DNA of 50,476 nucleotides from Sulfurimonadaceae bacterium (GCA_041562075.1 JBFEYO010000001.1:1-50476); one strand, 5' to 3'. Positions 9,359 to 20,457 are shown, numbered from the stretch's first letter. A program made the numbers and translations. The notes: a model not told the origin generated them from the letters alone.

Positions 9359-9910
9359 TTAAAGAGTACTTGCCCCGTTTGCTGCATAATTTCGCATCGG
9401 TTTATCAAAACCGAACTCATAGACCGCTTTATCTGTCGTATCCGACTTCAGGTTCATATGACGAAAGTCGTCCCCTACACTGATTTTTGCAAGAATGTTC
9501 CAACGTCCCTTATGAGGTACCTTGATGTTCTCAAAACGATAAACACCGTTTTCAACATTTGGACGTTCAAGATGCTGCTTGTCCTCTTCGATGATCGGAC
9601 GTGAAAGAATCACATCGATCTGCGCATCATTGATCGCCTGATCATTCATATCGGTCAATTTATAGGCGATAGTACTTCCTTGCTGGGAAACACCTTCACC
9701 CACATAACTCAATTTATACTTCTTATTAAAAATGATCCCGGCAACGATCACATCATTCGCATTCGCATCCAGGCTATGATAATCCTGCATCATATCCTGA
9801 TCCTGCTGGACCGGCTGTAACAGTGCGACATAGACCGTCGCAGCACAGGCAATCATGATCAAAATAATTGATGTGATTACCCCTATTGGCCATTGTTTGC
9901 CATCACTCAT
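9359..9910 (-). CDS. FixH-domain-like membrane-anchored periplasmic protein (cbb3 oxidase accessory cluster)
   Basis: It has an N-terminal TM segment (WPIGVITSIILIMIACAATVYVAL) followed by a beta-rich soluble domain ending in GRWNILAKISVGDDF. The start is set at MSDGKQ (ATG 9908-9910) with AAGGAG 5 nt upstream. Its position downstream of ccoNOQP supports the assignment. Confidence 0.55.
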   Translation of the reverse strand: MSDGKQWPIGVITSIILIMIACAATVYVALLQPVQQDQDMMQDYHSLDANANDVIVAGIIFNKKYKLSYVGEGVSQQGSTIAYKLTDMNDQAINDAQIDVILSRPIIEEDKQHLERPNVENGVYRFENIKVPHKGRWNILAKISVGDDFRHMNLKSDTTDKAVYEFGFDKPMRNYAANGASTL

Positions 9911-10538
9911 GATTTCTCCTTTTTTTAAACGACTCATAGCCGAGTTTTATAACGGTTATCAATGAGATCGAAAAGAGCAAGGTGATCAAGACCTTATAAA
10001 AGTTCTTGTTTGTATCGCCTATCGCCGTATCCAATACAATACCCTTATGCTCTGCGATCTGTTCGACGATCTCTGCATACCCGTTAAACATTGCTACGGC
10101 ATATTTATCTTTCTCTTCGACCTCCGGCGGTGCTTTGGCAGCAATAACCGGGATAACCCGTCCATTAAAGAAGGGCCAGATCGCCAGAGGGTCCATTATC
10201 TGCTTTCGGTCGAAAGTCTCATAAAGTGCCTTATCCTCGGCATAGATCTGAACCTGTTTGTTCTTCTCAACAAAGGAGAAAAGAATCGCAGGCTCTTGAA
10301 GGCTTGCGATCAACTCTCTTTGATGATCAATAATCGACTGGTTTGCGTCAAGTTCCTTGATCAAGCTCATATAGACATTGATACCGGTTTTTGCCGAGAG
10401 TTCCTCACCCATCGGCTCAACCTGCTCATTGAATGCTCTCTTTTTCACAACTTCATCGATGACAAGAAATTTTGCCTGCAGGGGTTGTATAAAAGACAGT
10501 ATTGCAATGAGGGCTGCAAGCCCTCTGAAAATCTTCAA
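9903..10538 (-). CDS. Periplasmic protein with a signal peptide and a C-terminal TM anchor (possibly TPM-like); cbb3 accessory cluster
   Basis: The signal peptide is MKIFRGLAALIAILSFIQPLQA and the C-terminal TM segment is YKVLITLLFSISLITVIKL. It overlaps the next gene by 8 nt. Confidence 0.5.
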   Translation of the reverse strand: MKIFRGLAALIAILSFIQPLQAKFLVIDEVVKKRAFNEQVEPMGEELSAKTGINVYMSLIKELDANQSIIDHQRELIASLQEPAILFSFVEKNKQVQIYAEDKALYETFDRKQIMDPLAIWPFFNGRVIPVIAAKAPPEVEEKDKYAVAMFNGYAEIVEQIAEHKGIVLDTAIGDTNKNFYKVLITLLFSISLITVIKLGYESFKKRRNHE

Positions 10539-10547
10539 AAAAGATCC

Positions 10548-10643
10548 TTAACCAACATATAAATGGTCAGCTACGACAACCGCATAAATCGTGTACATCG
10601 CCATTGCGAATAGGCCAACTCCAACAATTACATCTAATCTCAT
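10548..10643 (-). CDS. Unlisted 31-codon hydrophobic micro-ORF in the cbb3 accessory cluster
   Basis: My own translation gives MRLDVIVGVGLFAMAMYTIYAVVVADHLYVG. The ATG lies 3 nt after the stop of the upstream gene, with AAGGA 7 nt upstream. It encodes a single predicted TM helix and is too short for the ORF track. Confidence 0.45.
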   Translation of the reverse strand: MRLDVIVGVGLFAMAMYTIYAVVVADHLYVG

Positions 10644-10645
10644 TA

Positions 10646-10876
10646 TTAGTCCTTCTTAGTATATGGCTTGTCTTTATGTAACACGACATGAGCCGCGTTA
10701 TCAGCGCTTAGCATCTTAATGCTTTTGGCATCCTCGATATAATAATAATCTTGCGACACATCTTGTTGTACACCAACGGCAAGGAACACTAGTGTCCCTT
10801 CAACCGCCAATAACAAGACTGTAGCTATTAGCATACCTGTAATCCCGTGTAGTGCAAAAATACTTCTTTTTTCCAT
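10646..10876 (-). CDS. Small single-TM membrane protein (cbb3 accessory cluster)
   Basis: The TM segment is ITGMLIATVLLLAVEGTLVFLAV. The gene starts 9 nt after the ccoP stop on the same strand. Confidence 0.55.
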   Translation of the reverse strand: MEKRSIFALHGITGMLIATVLLLAVEGTLVFLAVGVQQDVSQDYYYIEDAKSIKMLSADNAAHVVLHKDKPYTKKD

Positions 10877-10885
10877 ATCTTACTC

Positions 10886-11956
10886 CTACTCTTCTATTTC
10901 TTTATCGGTACCGTGTGCAACATAAGCAGACAGGGCTTCGATTTGAGGGATCGTCAACATCTCAGCAAATGCTGGCATCGTACCGATCTCACCTTTTTTC
11001 ATACCGCTTCTAAGCAGGTTGTTCACTAAACATGAGTTATACCCTTTTAGACTTGGCGCGACACCCGAGTTACCCTGACCGATACAATCTTCACCTACAC
11101 AGTTAGAAGAGTACCCTTCTACACCCGTAGTATCCGACTCCGGTTTATCACCATAACTCTTATACCCTTTTACACCTTCAGCAAGTGGTGCACCATGGCA
11201 TGAAGAACAAGTACCTGCGAAGATATCTCTACCGGCAGTTGAACCTTCTTCATCCTTGAAACCTTTGCTGATATAAGTCGATACGATCTCAATCTCTTCA
11301 TCAGAGATAAGTGCGCCTGAATTAGCATTGAAGAGTGCATATCTATCGATCATACCGCCTGCATAACCTAATTGATTAGAACCTTCACGAATCACTTTAC
11401 CAACATAGTTCTTGCTCAGATGACGCGTTGTAAGGTCTTCAGCAGTCAATTGACCTGTCGCATAGTTCTCCTGACCGTTTCCGGAAGGACCGTGACAAGG
11501 AGCACATTGAACCTGAAAGATACCCTCACCCATCTTAAGCTTTTGCGTCTCAGTCATTGCATCAAACTTCTCTTTTAGTTTGGCATTTGCTTTAGCCGCA
11601 TCTTCGTTATATTCTCCCAATTGAGAATACTCATTCAATGGGTAACCTAGCGTCATATACCACATACCCCAGATCATAAGCGCAATAATAGAAAGTGCCC
11701 ATCCCATAGGTGCAAGGTTATTATACTCGCCGATACCGTCCCAGTTCTCATCTACCAGCTCACCGGTAGCTGTAGCATCTTTCATCTGCTTGACATATGA
11801 CATAACAACGACAACAGAAATAACGATGATCGCTGCTGCACCGGCCATCGCCAGTAAGTTAACAATATCATCACCCATCATATCACCGACAACAGCGTAT
11901 GTACCTGCTATCAGAATGATCATTAATGCGATACCGATAATCCATAAATTCTTCAT
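10886..11956 (-). CDS. ccoP: cbb3-type cytochrome c oxidase subunit III (dihaem cytochrome c), enlarged variant
   Basis: It carries two CxxCH haem motifs (CAPCHG and CSSCHG) and N-terminal TM helices. The gene order is ccoN-O-Q-P, and it overlaps the ccoQ stop by 4 nt. Confidence 0.9.
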   Translation of the reverse strand: MKNLWIIGIALMIILIAGTYAVVGDMMGDDIVNLLAMAGAAAIIVISVVVVMSYVKQMKDATATGELVDENWDGIGEYNNLAPMGWALSIIALMIWGMWYMTLGYPLNEYSQLGEYNEDAAKANAKLKEKFDAMTETQKLKMGEGIFQVQCAPCHGPSGNGQENYATGQLTAEDLTTRHLSKNYVGKVIREGSNQLGYAGGMIDRYALFNANSGALISDEEIEIVSTYISKGFKDEEGSTAGRDIFAGTCSSCHGAPLAEGVKGYKSYGDKPESDTTGVEGYSSNCVGEDCIGQGNSGVAPSLKGYNSCLVNNLLRSGMKKGEIGTMPAFAEMLTIPQIEALSAYVAHGTDKEIEE

Positions 11957-12183
11957 TTATCTCTCCCTATCTCATTGGAGTCCCCGTTTGTCGGGTCCTC
12001 TTCTTTTTTTTCAACTAACTCATCTGAAATTTCATCATCTATAGCCATTCTTCCATATTTTTCATAGTCCCTGGTCCCTTTTTTCTGGGCGCGATAGAGA
12101 TGGAAGATATATCCCCATAACATCACAGACAGAAAAACTGTCAGAACAAAATAACCATAGTGCGAGAATTCACCAAGAGTCAT
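11953..12183 (-). CDS. ccoQ: cbb3-type cytochrome c oxidase small subunit CcoQ
   Basis: It is 76 aa with a single TM helix (YGYFVLTVFLSVMLWGYIF) followed by HLYRAQKKG. It lies between ccoO and ccoP. Confidence 0.75.
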   Translation of the reverse strand: MTLGEFSHYGYFVLTVFLSVMLWGYIFHLYRAQKKGTRDYEKYGRMAIDDEISDELVEKKEEDPTNGDSNEIGRDK

Positions 12184-12193
12184 ACTAAATCGC

Positions 12194-12886
12194 TTACTTC
12201 AGTGAATTCAAATATGCAATTAAAGCTACGATCTCAGGAATCTTACCTGCTGCGACCATATCTTTTACATCTTGGTTTTTCATCTCGGCAGCTACCAGTT
12301 TAGCGTCTGCCAGTGCCTCAGCACGCGCATCTTCAACTGTTGCAGCCAAAGGAACCTGAACCATTGAGCCGTCTAGCATCGGGATGTCTTTGTTATACGG
12401 TACATTAAACACCTTGTTCACAGTTACAGCTTCTGCCCATGCAGTATCTACATCTGCTTCATTTTTAAAGGTCCATGGATACCTTGGCATGATTGAACCT
12501 GGAACAACCGCTTCAGGATCCATCATATGATTCTCATGCCAATCTGTCGTACGGTAGTTACCTACACGCATAAGGTCCGGACCTGTACGCTTAGAACCCC
12601 AAAGGAATGGACGATCATACGCATACTCACCACTTAAAGAGTAAGCACCGTAACGATCTGTTTCAGATTTAAACGGACGAACAAGCTGAGAGTGACATGC
12701 ATTACAGCTCTCTTTGATGTATACATGACGACCAGCAAGCTCAAGTGTCGTATACGGCTTAGTCCCGATAAGAGGACGAGACTGCTGAATAAAGTGTGGA
12801 ATGATCATTACCAAACCGGCAAATGCGATTACCACGAATATACCTACGCCGAAAAAGAATGGGCGTTCTTCTAACCAATGAAACAT
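12194..12886 (-). CDS. ccoO: cbb3-type cytochrome c oxidase subunit II (monohaem)
   Basis: It has an N-terminal TM segment, a single CNACHSQ haem motif and the conserved GPDL..VG..R and DWH..H segments. Confidence 0.92.
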   Translation of the reverse strand: MFHWLEERPFFFGVGIFVVIAFAGLVMIIPHFIQQSRPLIGTKPYTTLELAGRHVYIKESCNACHSQLVRPFKSETDRYGAYSLSGEYAYDRPFLWGSKRTGPDLMRVGNYRTTDWHENHMMDPEAVVPGSIMPRYPWTFKNEADVDTAWAEAVTVNKVFNVPYNKDIPMLDGSMVQVPLAATVEDARAEALADAKLVAAEMKNQDVKDMVAAGKIPEIVALIAYLNSLK

Positions 12887-12901
12887 ATTATCTCCCTTTC
12901 C

Positions 12902-14377
12902 TTACGCTGCCATAGGCGAAGTGTTTTGAAGCTCACGTTCCTCAACAGGACGAGCTGACATTGTTTTGATGATGTTGTAGATAAAGATCGCAAAACCGAC
13001 CAGGTACAAGATACCACCAACCGCACGGATAATGTAATACACATGAAGCGCATTTACAGAGTCGATGAAGGAGTAAGCAAGGTTACCGAACTCATCAACT
13101 GCACGCCACATCATACCCTGCGTGATACCCGCAATCCACATAGACGTAAAGTAAAGAATAACACCCAGTGTCTGTAACCAGAACTGCGTATTCATCAATG
13201 ATTTAGAATAAATTTCACGCTTGAAAACACGTGGCGCCATATGATACAGTGAAGCCATAACAATGAATCCTACCCAACCAAGGGCACCATCGTGTACGTG
13301 TCCGACAATCCATTCAGTAAAGTGTGCAATTGCATTAACCGATTTAATAGACTGAATAGGACCTTCGATTGTCGAGAACATATAGAATGTTGATGACAAG
13401 ATCATAAACTTGATCAATGGATTTGCTGCAACCTGTTTCCACTCACCTTTCATTGTAAGCAGTATGTTGATCGCAGAACCCCAAGATGGAAGGATCAAGA
13501 TAACCGAGAAGATTGAACCCATCGTCTGCATCCAGTCTGGAACCGTAGAGTAGATAAGGTGGTGACCACCTGCCCATACATATACGAACATTAATGACCA
13601 GAAACCAAGTAAAGAGAGCTTATATGAATAAACTGCCTGACCAGACTCTTTTGGAAGGAAGTAGTAGATCATACCGACAAGAGGAACCGTTAAAACGAAA
13701 CCAACCGCATTGTGACCGAACCACCATTGAACCATTGCTCCTGAAGTACCGGAATAAACAGAAACACCATTCATGATATCACCCGCACCTGCTACAAAGT
13801 ACGTAGGGATAACCATATTGTTCATGATAAATAGCATCGCAACCGCAAGGAATGATGCCATGAAATACCACATTGATACATATAAGGTCTTCTCTCTACG
13901 GATACCAACAAGTCCGGCAATACCGACACCCCAGAAAACCCAGAAAAGTACGATAACGATATCAAGAGGCCATTCAAGCTCTGAGTATTCGTTCGATTGA
14001 CCGATACCCAGGAAAAGGGTAACTACTGCAAGTAAGATTGCCAAGAAATACGTCCAGAAATGAAGTTTTCCAGCGACCATCAATAGTTTTGACTCAGCCA
14101 TTGAGACTTTCAAAATACGTTGTCCTATGTAGTACCAACTCGCGAAAATACCACTGAGGGTAAATCCAAAAATAACCCCTGACGTGTGAATTGGTCTAAT
14201 ACGACTGAAATTTATATATTCAGTCATTGTGTCACCAAGAATATAGTTAAATTCCGGCCATGCCATTTGTAAGGCTAGAATTACACCTAGTAACATACCG
14301 ATAAATCCGAATAACAGTGCAGACATCATAAACATCTTTGCGACTGTGTAGTCGTATTCTAATGGACGATTCTCCAT
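12902..14377 (-). CDS. ccoN: cbb3-type cytochrome c oxidase subunit I
   Basis: It is a 12-TM haem-copper oxidase with WWFGHNAVGF, GGHHLIYS and HFTEWIVGHVHDGALGW histidine-ligand motifs. Confidence 0.95.
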   Translation of the reverse strand: MENRPLEYDYTVAKMFMMSALLFGFIGMLLGVILALQMAWPEFNYILGDTMTEYINFSRIRPIHTSGVIFGFTLSGIFASWYYIGQRILKVSMAESKLLMVAGKLHFWTYFLAILLAVVTLFLGIGQSNEYSELEWPLDIVIVLFWVFWGVGIAGLVGIRREKTLYVSMWYFMASFLAVAMLFIMNNMVIPTYFVAGAGDIMNGVSVYSGTSGAMVQWWFGHNAVGFVLTVPLVGMIYYFLPKESGQAVYSYKLSLLGFWSLMFVYVWAGGHHLIYSTVPDWMQTMGSIFSVILILPSWGSAINILLTMKGEWKQVAANPLIKFMILSSTFYMFSTIEGPIQSIKSVNAIAHFTEWIVGHVHDGALGWVGFIVMASLYHMAPRVFKREIYSKSLMNTQFWLQTLGVILYFTSMWIAGITQGMMWRAVDEFGNLAYSFIDSVNALHVYYIIRAVGGILYLVGFAIFIYNIIKTMSARPVEERELQNTSPMAA

Positions 14378-14613
14378 ATAAGCTCCCTTTTTGTTATTTA
14401 AACTAAAGCATTCTCATTCTTTAGCATCAAAGCTTAAGCTATATTACCACCTTTTCATAGTCTTTAACTTCCCATGTAGCGGTAAAACAGCCCAAATCAA
14501 GACGTATAATATCACATAATAATCATTATTAAGCTTAAAATTAAAATCTAGATAAGCTAAAGAAAGGTAGTTATTTTTTTTAAGAAAGTGATAAGTTTGT
14601 GATATATAATTAA

Positions 14614-15381
14614 TTATAATCCGCATTTTCCGGTGCCGCATTTTCCGGTACCGCATTTCATCGAAGAATTTTCAATCGGGTGAAGATAGATATCATAGTT
14701 CACATAGGCCTTATAGAGCGTCCAGCCCCCATATAAGATTATAATCAAAGATGATACCTCGATCATGATGTGTCTAAAGCGGTTTTGCGAGATAAAACCG
14801 ACCAAAAATCCCAGGCTGAACAGTGTCGGAATCGTCGATATTCCAAAGAGTAACATTACCCCGGCACCCAATACCATAGATTTTGTCGCAATTGCTGTAA
14901 TCAGCATCGTATAGACCAGTCCACAGGGGAAAAAACCATTTAAAGCGCCCAAGGTAAAAAAACTCAGTTTACTTTTAGAATTCAGTTGTGAAAAGAATAG
15001 TTTTTTAAACCAGGCCGTTTGTGTAATAGGGTATTCAAGGTAAGAGATAAACTTCAAACGTCCTGAGAGTGAGAATCCCATCACGATCATCAACAGACCG
15101 GAGAAGCTGAACATAATCATACGCATCATCGGTGTTGCTTCCCACAATGAACCGAAAAAACCGAACAAGGCCCCAAGGAAAGTGTAGGTACTGATACGTC
15201 CAAGATTATAAAAAGCATGTCCTCTGGCCTGTGTTGACTTGGAAGTGCCTGCATCCATCTTTGCCGTCGTATAGGAGACGATAAATCCGCCGCACATACC
15301 GATGCAGTGTCCTAGGCTTCCGAAAAACCCAAAAGCAAGGATCGCTAACAGTTCTAAAGAGTTATGATCATAAAAGTTCAA
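14614..15381 (-). CDS. DsbD_2 / UreH-like (TauE-related) membrane protein with a Cys-rich repeat tail
   Basis: The HCIGMCGGF motif sits in TM1, there are about six TM helices, and FFPCGLVY is present. The C-terminus is MKCGTGKCGTGKCGL. The start appears to be TTG (15379-15381), with AAAGGG 6 nt upstream. Confidence 0.6.
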   Translation of the reverse strand: MNFYDHNSLELLAILAFGFFGSLGHCIGMCGGFIVSYTTAKMDAGTSKSTQARGHAFYNLGRISTYTFLGALFGFFGSLWEATPMMRMIMFSFSGLLMIVMGFSLSGRLKFISYLEYPITQTAWFKKLFFSQLNSKSKLSFFTLGALNGFFPCGLVYTMLITAIATKSMVLGAGVMLLFGISTIPTLFSLGFLVGFISQNRFRHIMIEVSSLIIILYGGWTLYKAYVNYDIYLHPIENSSMKCGTGKCGTGKCGL

Positions 15382-15528
15382 GAAAGACCCTTTATCTGGA
15401 CAAAGGTTAGACCCAAGGAGAGAGGCCTAAGGAGAATAGTTTAAGCTTTGAAGTCAACAGTGTAGCACTAGAGTGTTACAAGAGTGTTAATTCCCCCAAA
15501 ACCGGGCATTATTACAACAGGCTATACG

Positions 15529-16656
15529 CTACTTATTCATCAAGGCTAAAAACTCGCCAAAGATATACGCCGACTCTTTAGGTCCCGGGCTTGCCTCCGG
15601 GTGATGCTGTACCGAAAATACATGACCGGATTTATATTTCAGTCCCTCAATCGTATTATCAAAGAGGTTCGTATGGGTCACATCTGCGACCTCGGTGATA
15701 TTGTCCGGTACATTGTAGTTATGATTCTGTGCCGTGATCTCAACCATGCCCGTCTTCACGTTTTTAACCGGATGATTCCCCCCATGATGACCGAACTTCA
15801 ACTTGAAAGTGTCATATCCATGGGAAATGGAGAGCAATTGATGTCCCAGACAGATACCGAACATCGGCACCTTTGCGGCAATCAGCTTCTTGATCTGTTC
15901 CTGTTCATTCTTCAACACAAGTGGATCTCCGGGACCATTGGATAAAAATACACCGTCGATCTCATTCGCTTCTATACGGGAGATCAGAGTATCCGCATCA
16001 AAATTATTAGGAATCACTTCCACATCCATACCTGCCTGTGTCAGCTCATTCAATATATTACGCTTGACACCGAAATCGATGGCAACGATCTTGGCCTTGG
16101 CCTGCGGAGCATCCTGGTATTTGAAGTGTGTTGCATCATAGGTTCCGTGAGGATGTTTATAAGCAGTTTTTGTACTGACCTCTTCGATATAGTTCACCTC
16201 TTCAATACGCGGTGAACTCTCCAGTACTTTTTTCAACTCTTCCTTGTCTGAGATCTCCGTAGAAGCGATCATCATCATCGCCCCTTCGCTTCGGATCATC
16301 TTCGTCAAAAAACGGGTATCAATATCACAAATACCCATCACACCCTGCTCTTTTAGGAAATTGCCCAGAGAGTCCGTACCTCGGAAATTAGAATAACGGT
16401 CCTGGTAGGTACGTACGATTACACCCTTGGCAAAGGCACCCTTGGACTCCATGTCCTCTTCATTCACACCCACATTCCCGATCTCAGGCATTGTAAAGGT
16501 CACAAACTGTCCAGCATAAGAGGGATCAGAAGTGATCTCCTGATACCCGCTCATAGAGGTGTTAAAGACGATCTCTCCGACCGAAGTCGTCTCAGCACCA
16601 AAACTTTCTGCCTCTAAATAGGTCCCGTTTTCAAGATAGATATAAACTTTTGCCAT
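15529..16656 (-). CDS. carA: Carbamoyl-phosphate synthase small (glutamine amidotransferase) subunit
   Basis: It contains GICLGHQLL (catalytic Cys), HGGNHPV and HHPEASPGP. The start overlaps the upstream stop as TAATG. Confidence 0.95.
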   Translation of the reverse strand: MAKVYIYLENGTYLEAESFGAETTSVGEIVFNTSMSGYQEITSDPSYAGQFVTFTMPEIGNVGVNEEDMESKGAFAKGVIVRTYQDRYSNFRGTDSLGNFLKEQGVMGICDIDTRFLTKMIRSEGAMMMIASTEISDKEELKKVLESSPRIEEVNYIEEVSTKTAYKHPHGTYDATHFKYQDAPQAKAKIVAIDFGVKRNILNELTQAGMDVEVIPNNFDADTLISRIEANEIDGVFLSNGPGDPLVLKNEQEQIKKLIAAKVPMFGICLGHQLLSISHGYDTFKLKFGHHGGNHPVKNVKTGMVEITAQNHNYNVPDNITEVADVTHTNLFDNTIEGLKYKSGHVFSVQHHPEASPGPKESAYIFGEFLALMNK

Positions 16657-17207
16657 TACGCCATCCCTCTTTTGACCAGCTCTTCCCCGTAAAGCTTCTC
16701 AAAGAGAATATTATAATCATCCGTGCCCGGAATAATATCTCTTTTATAGGTCTTGATCTTCTCATATACGGCATCTTCGATCGCATCATTATCGGCGATA
16801 AACCCGGTGATCGCACCGTAGATGACATTTTTGATACGGATTTCGTCAATATCATAATGAATAAGATCTTCCTCATACAGCTCATCTAAAATCTTATGGG
16901 CGATATCCGAAAAACGGTCTTCATATGAAAGGATCACTCCGTACTCCGGTGCGATCTTCTTTTTGATCATGAAAAAGAGCTGGCGGTCATCGACATTTTG
17001 CTCGTCCATCGCATCTTCATTCTCTTCAAGGATATCGTGGACCTTCTCTTCAAGGGCCTTCTCTTTTTTAATCGACTCTTCAAGGATTTTACGTGCTTCA
17101 TCTGCAACAGGCTCCAGGCCTCTGGTCATTGTAACAATACCACTCTTGTTTAACTCGATCGCAACCTTCTGGGCGATATGGGGAACGTGTTGCAGTTTTA
17201 CCTTCAT
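16656..17207 (-). CDS. DUF507-family protein
   Basis: It is an acidic 183-aa protein with two related halves (..IAQKVAIEL.. and ..IAHKILDEL..). The pattern matches my recollection of DUF507 proteins in epsilonproteobacteria. Confidence 0.5.
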   Translation of the reverse strand: MKVKLQHVPHIAQKVAIELNKSGIVTMTRGLEPVADEARKILEESIKKEKALEEKVHDILEENEDAMDEQNVDDRQLFFMIKKKIAPEYGVILSYEDRFSDIAHKILDELYEEDLIHYDIDEIRIKNVIYGAITGFIADNDAIEDAVYEKIKTYKRDIIPGTDDYNILFEKLYGEELVKRGMA

Positions 17208-17348
17208 CGAAGCACCTTTTATCTTATAAATTTTGTGATTTTATCCTAAGTTAGGTAAAGAACTGCTTTTATCACACTTCGCTGCTTTGTACATACAACA
17301 AAACTTCGTATGATAATTCGATTTTTATCCTTTAAAAACGATAGGCTT

Positions 17349-17858
17349 TTATTCGCTCCTAGTATCGCTCATCAGACGGGTCATTTCCGATGCTTTGGCC
17401 GTTTCCATTTTCCCCAGGATCTTTGCCATCGTTTTTGGTTTTAGGGTACTGAGGATTTCTGAGGCCTCTTCGGGTTTGAGTTTAGAGAGTATATCCGCCG
17501 CAGCCTGAGCCTTCATCTTGGAATAGGTCTGGGCGACCTTGTTCATCTTCTGCTCTTTAAGATCTTTCAAAAGGGTCTGCATTTTTTGAAGCTTCTTCTC
17601 TACCTCGTCTTCGCGTGCTTTGAGGTCACTCTCTTGGGCATTCAGCCGCTGCTCTTTCTCATTCAGTTTGACCTCTTTGGTCTTTAGCAGCTCCTGGGTC
17701 GCTTCTTTAAGGGCGTTAAGGGCCTGCTCTTGTTCATCAATACGTTCGAGTTCCAGAATCAGCTCTTCTTTACGCTCTTCAAAGACCTTGGTACAGTCAT
17801 ACAGTTCGCTTTTCGCAAAAAGCTGCATACCCAATAAAAGTAATAAAACAAGCCTCAA
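17349..17858 (-). CDS. Secreted coiled-coil protein with an MgtE_N / MotE-like C-terminal region (flagellar-associated)
   Basis: It has the signal peptide MRLVLLLLLGMQLFA, a long Glu/Lys coiled coil, and then AADILSKLKPEEASEILSTLKPKTMAKILGKM. Confidence 0.5.
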   Translation of the reverse strand: MRLVLLLLLGMQLFAKSELYDCTKVFEERKEELILELERIDEQEQALNALKEATQELLKTKEVKLNEKEQRLNAQESDLKAREDEVEKKLQKMQTLLKDLKEQKMNKVAQTYSKMKAQAAADILSKLKPEEASEILSTLKPKTMAKILGKMETAKASEMTRLMSDTRSE

Positions 17859-17867
17859 ATTGATTTC

Positions 17868-18293
17868 CTAACCTCTGTTATTAGTACGATTATAGCCGAT
17901 AAGAGCCGCCTCATCCAGGTCTTTTGCCTCTTTGACTTTTCGTGCCTTGAGTACCTTCTCTACCTCAGTGGTTTCAAGATACTTGAATTTTTCGTACTCT
18001 ATGTTAGCAGTTTTGAGCTGTTGCATTGCTTTGAGCAGGGCGTTTTGTGCCAGAGCCAGATTATGCTTATTAAAATTGATCTCATCTTGTACTCTGTGTT
18101 TCAACAACTGCATCTGTCGAAAGAGTGAAAAATCACCGGCACCGGGCATCTGCATCCCTCTAAGCTCACTGTATGCAGCGTCTATTTTTTCTTCGATGGT
18201 AGCAATGGTCTGATGACAGGACTGAACGGCTTTTTCCATCATATCCAAACGGTCTTTTTTGATTTTGACAAGGGAAGTGTATTGGGTCTTCAA
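17868..18293 (-). CDS. fliJ: FliJ-like flagellar export chaperone homologue
   Basis: It is a 141-aa all-helical protein lying directly downstream of purA. As I recall, this is the position of the FliJ homologue HP0256 next to purA in Helicobacter pylori. The apparent start is TTG. Confidence 0.5.
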   Translation of the reverse strand: MKTQYTSLVKIKKDRLDMMEKAVQSCHQTIATIEEKIDAAYSELRGMQMPGAGDFSLFRQMQLLKHRVQDEINFNKHNLALAQNALLKAMQQLKTANIEYEKFKYLETTEVEKVLKARKVKEAKDLDEAALIGYNRTNNRG

Positions 18294-18356
18294 GGCAGTA
18301 GCCTTGAAGCATATGAAAGGGAGAGATCAGTAAACACTTTATCTCCTTTGAGGAAA

Positions 18357-20455
<2,099 letters not shown>

Positions 20456-20457
20456 GC

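Noticed and set aside
14378-14613. FNR/CRP-type box (TTGAT-N4-ATCAA) upstream of ccoN.
   Set aside because: Only a single ATCAA half-site (around 14436) was found, with no properly spaced partner. The nearby ctaaag...ctttag 6-bp inverted repeat is too weak to call.
14444-14656. A 70-aa ORF in the ccoN upstream region was considered as a CcoS-like maturation protein.
   Set aside because: It lacks the CcoS-type GQ(F/Y)DD signature. Its only Met codons lie inside the Cys-tail repeat of the upstream gene in another frame.
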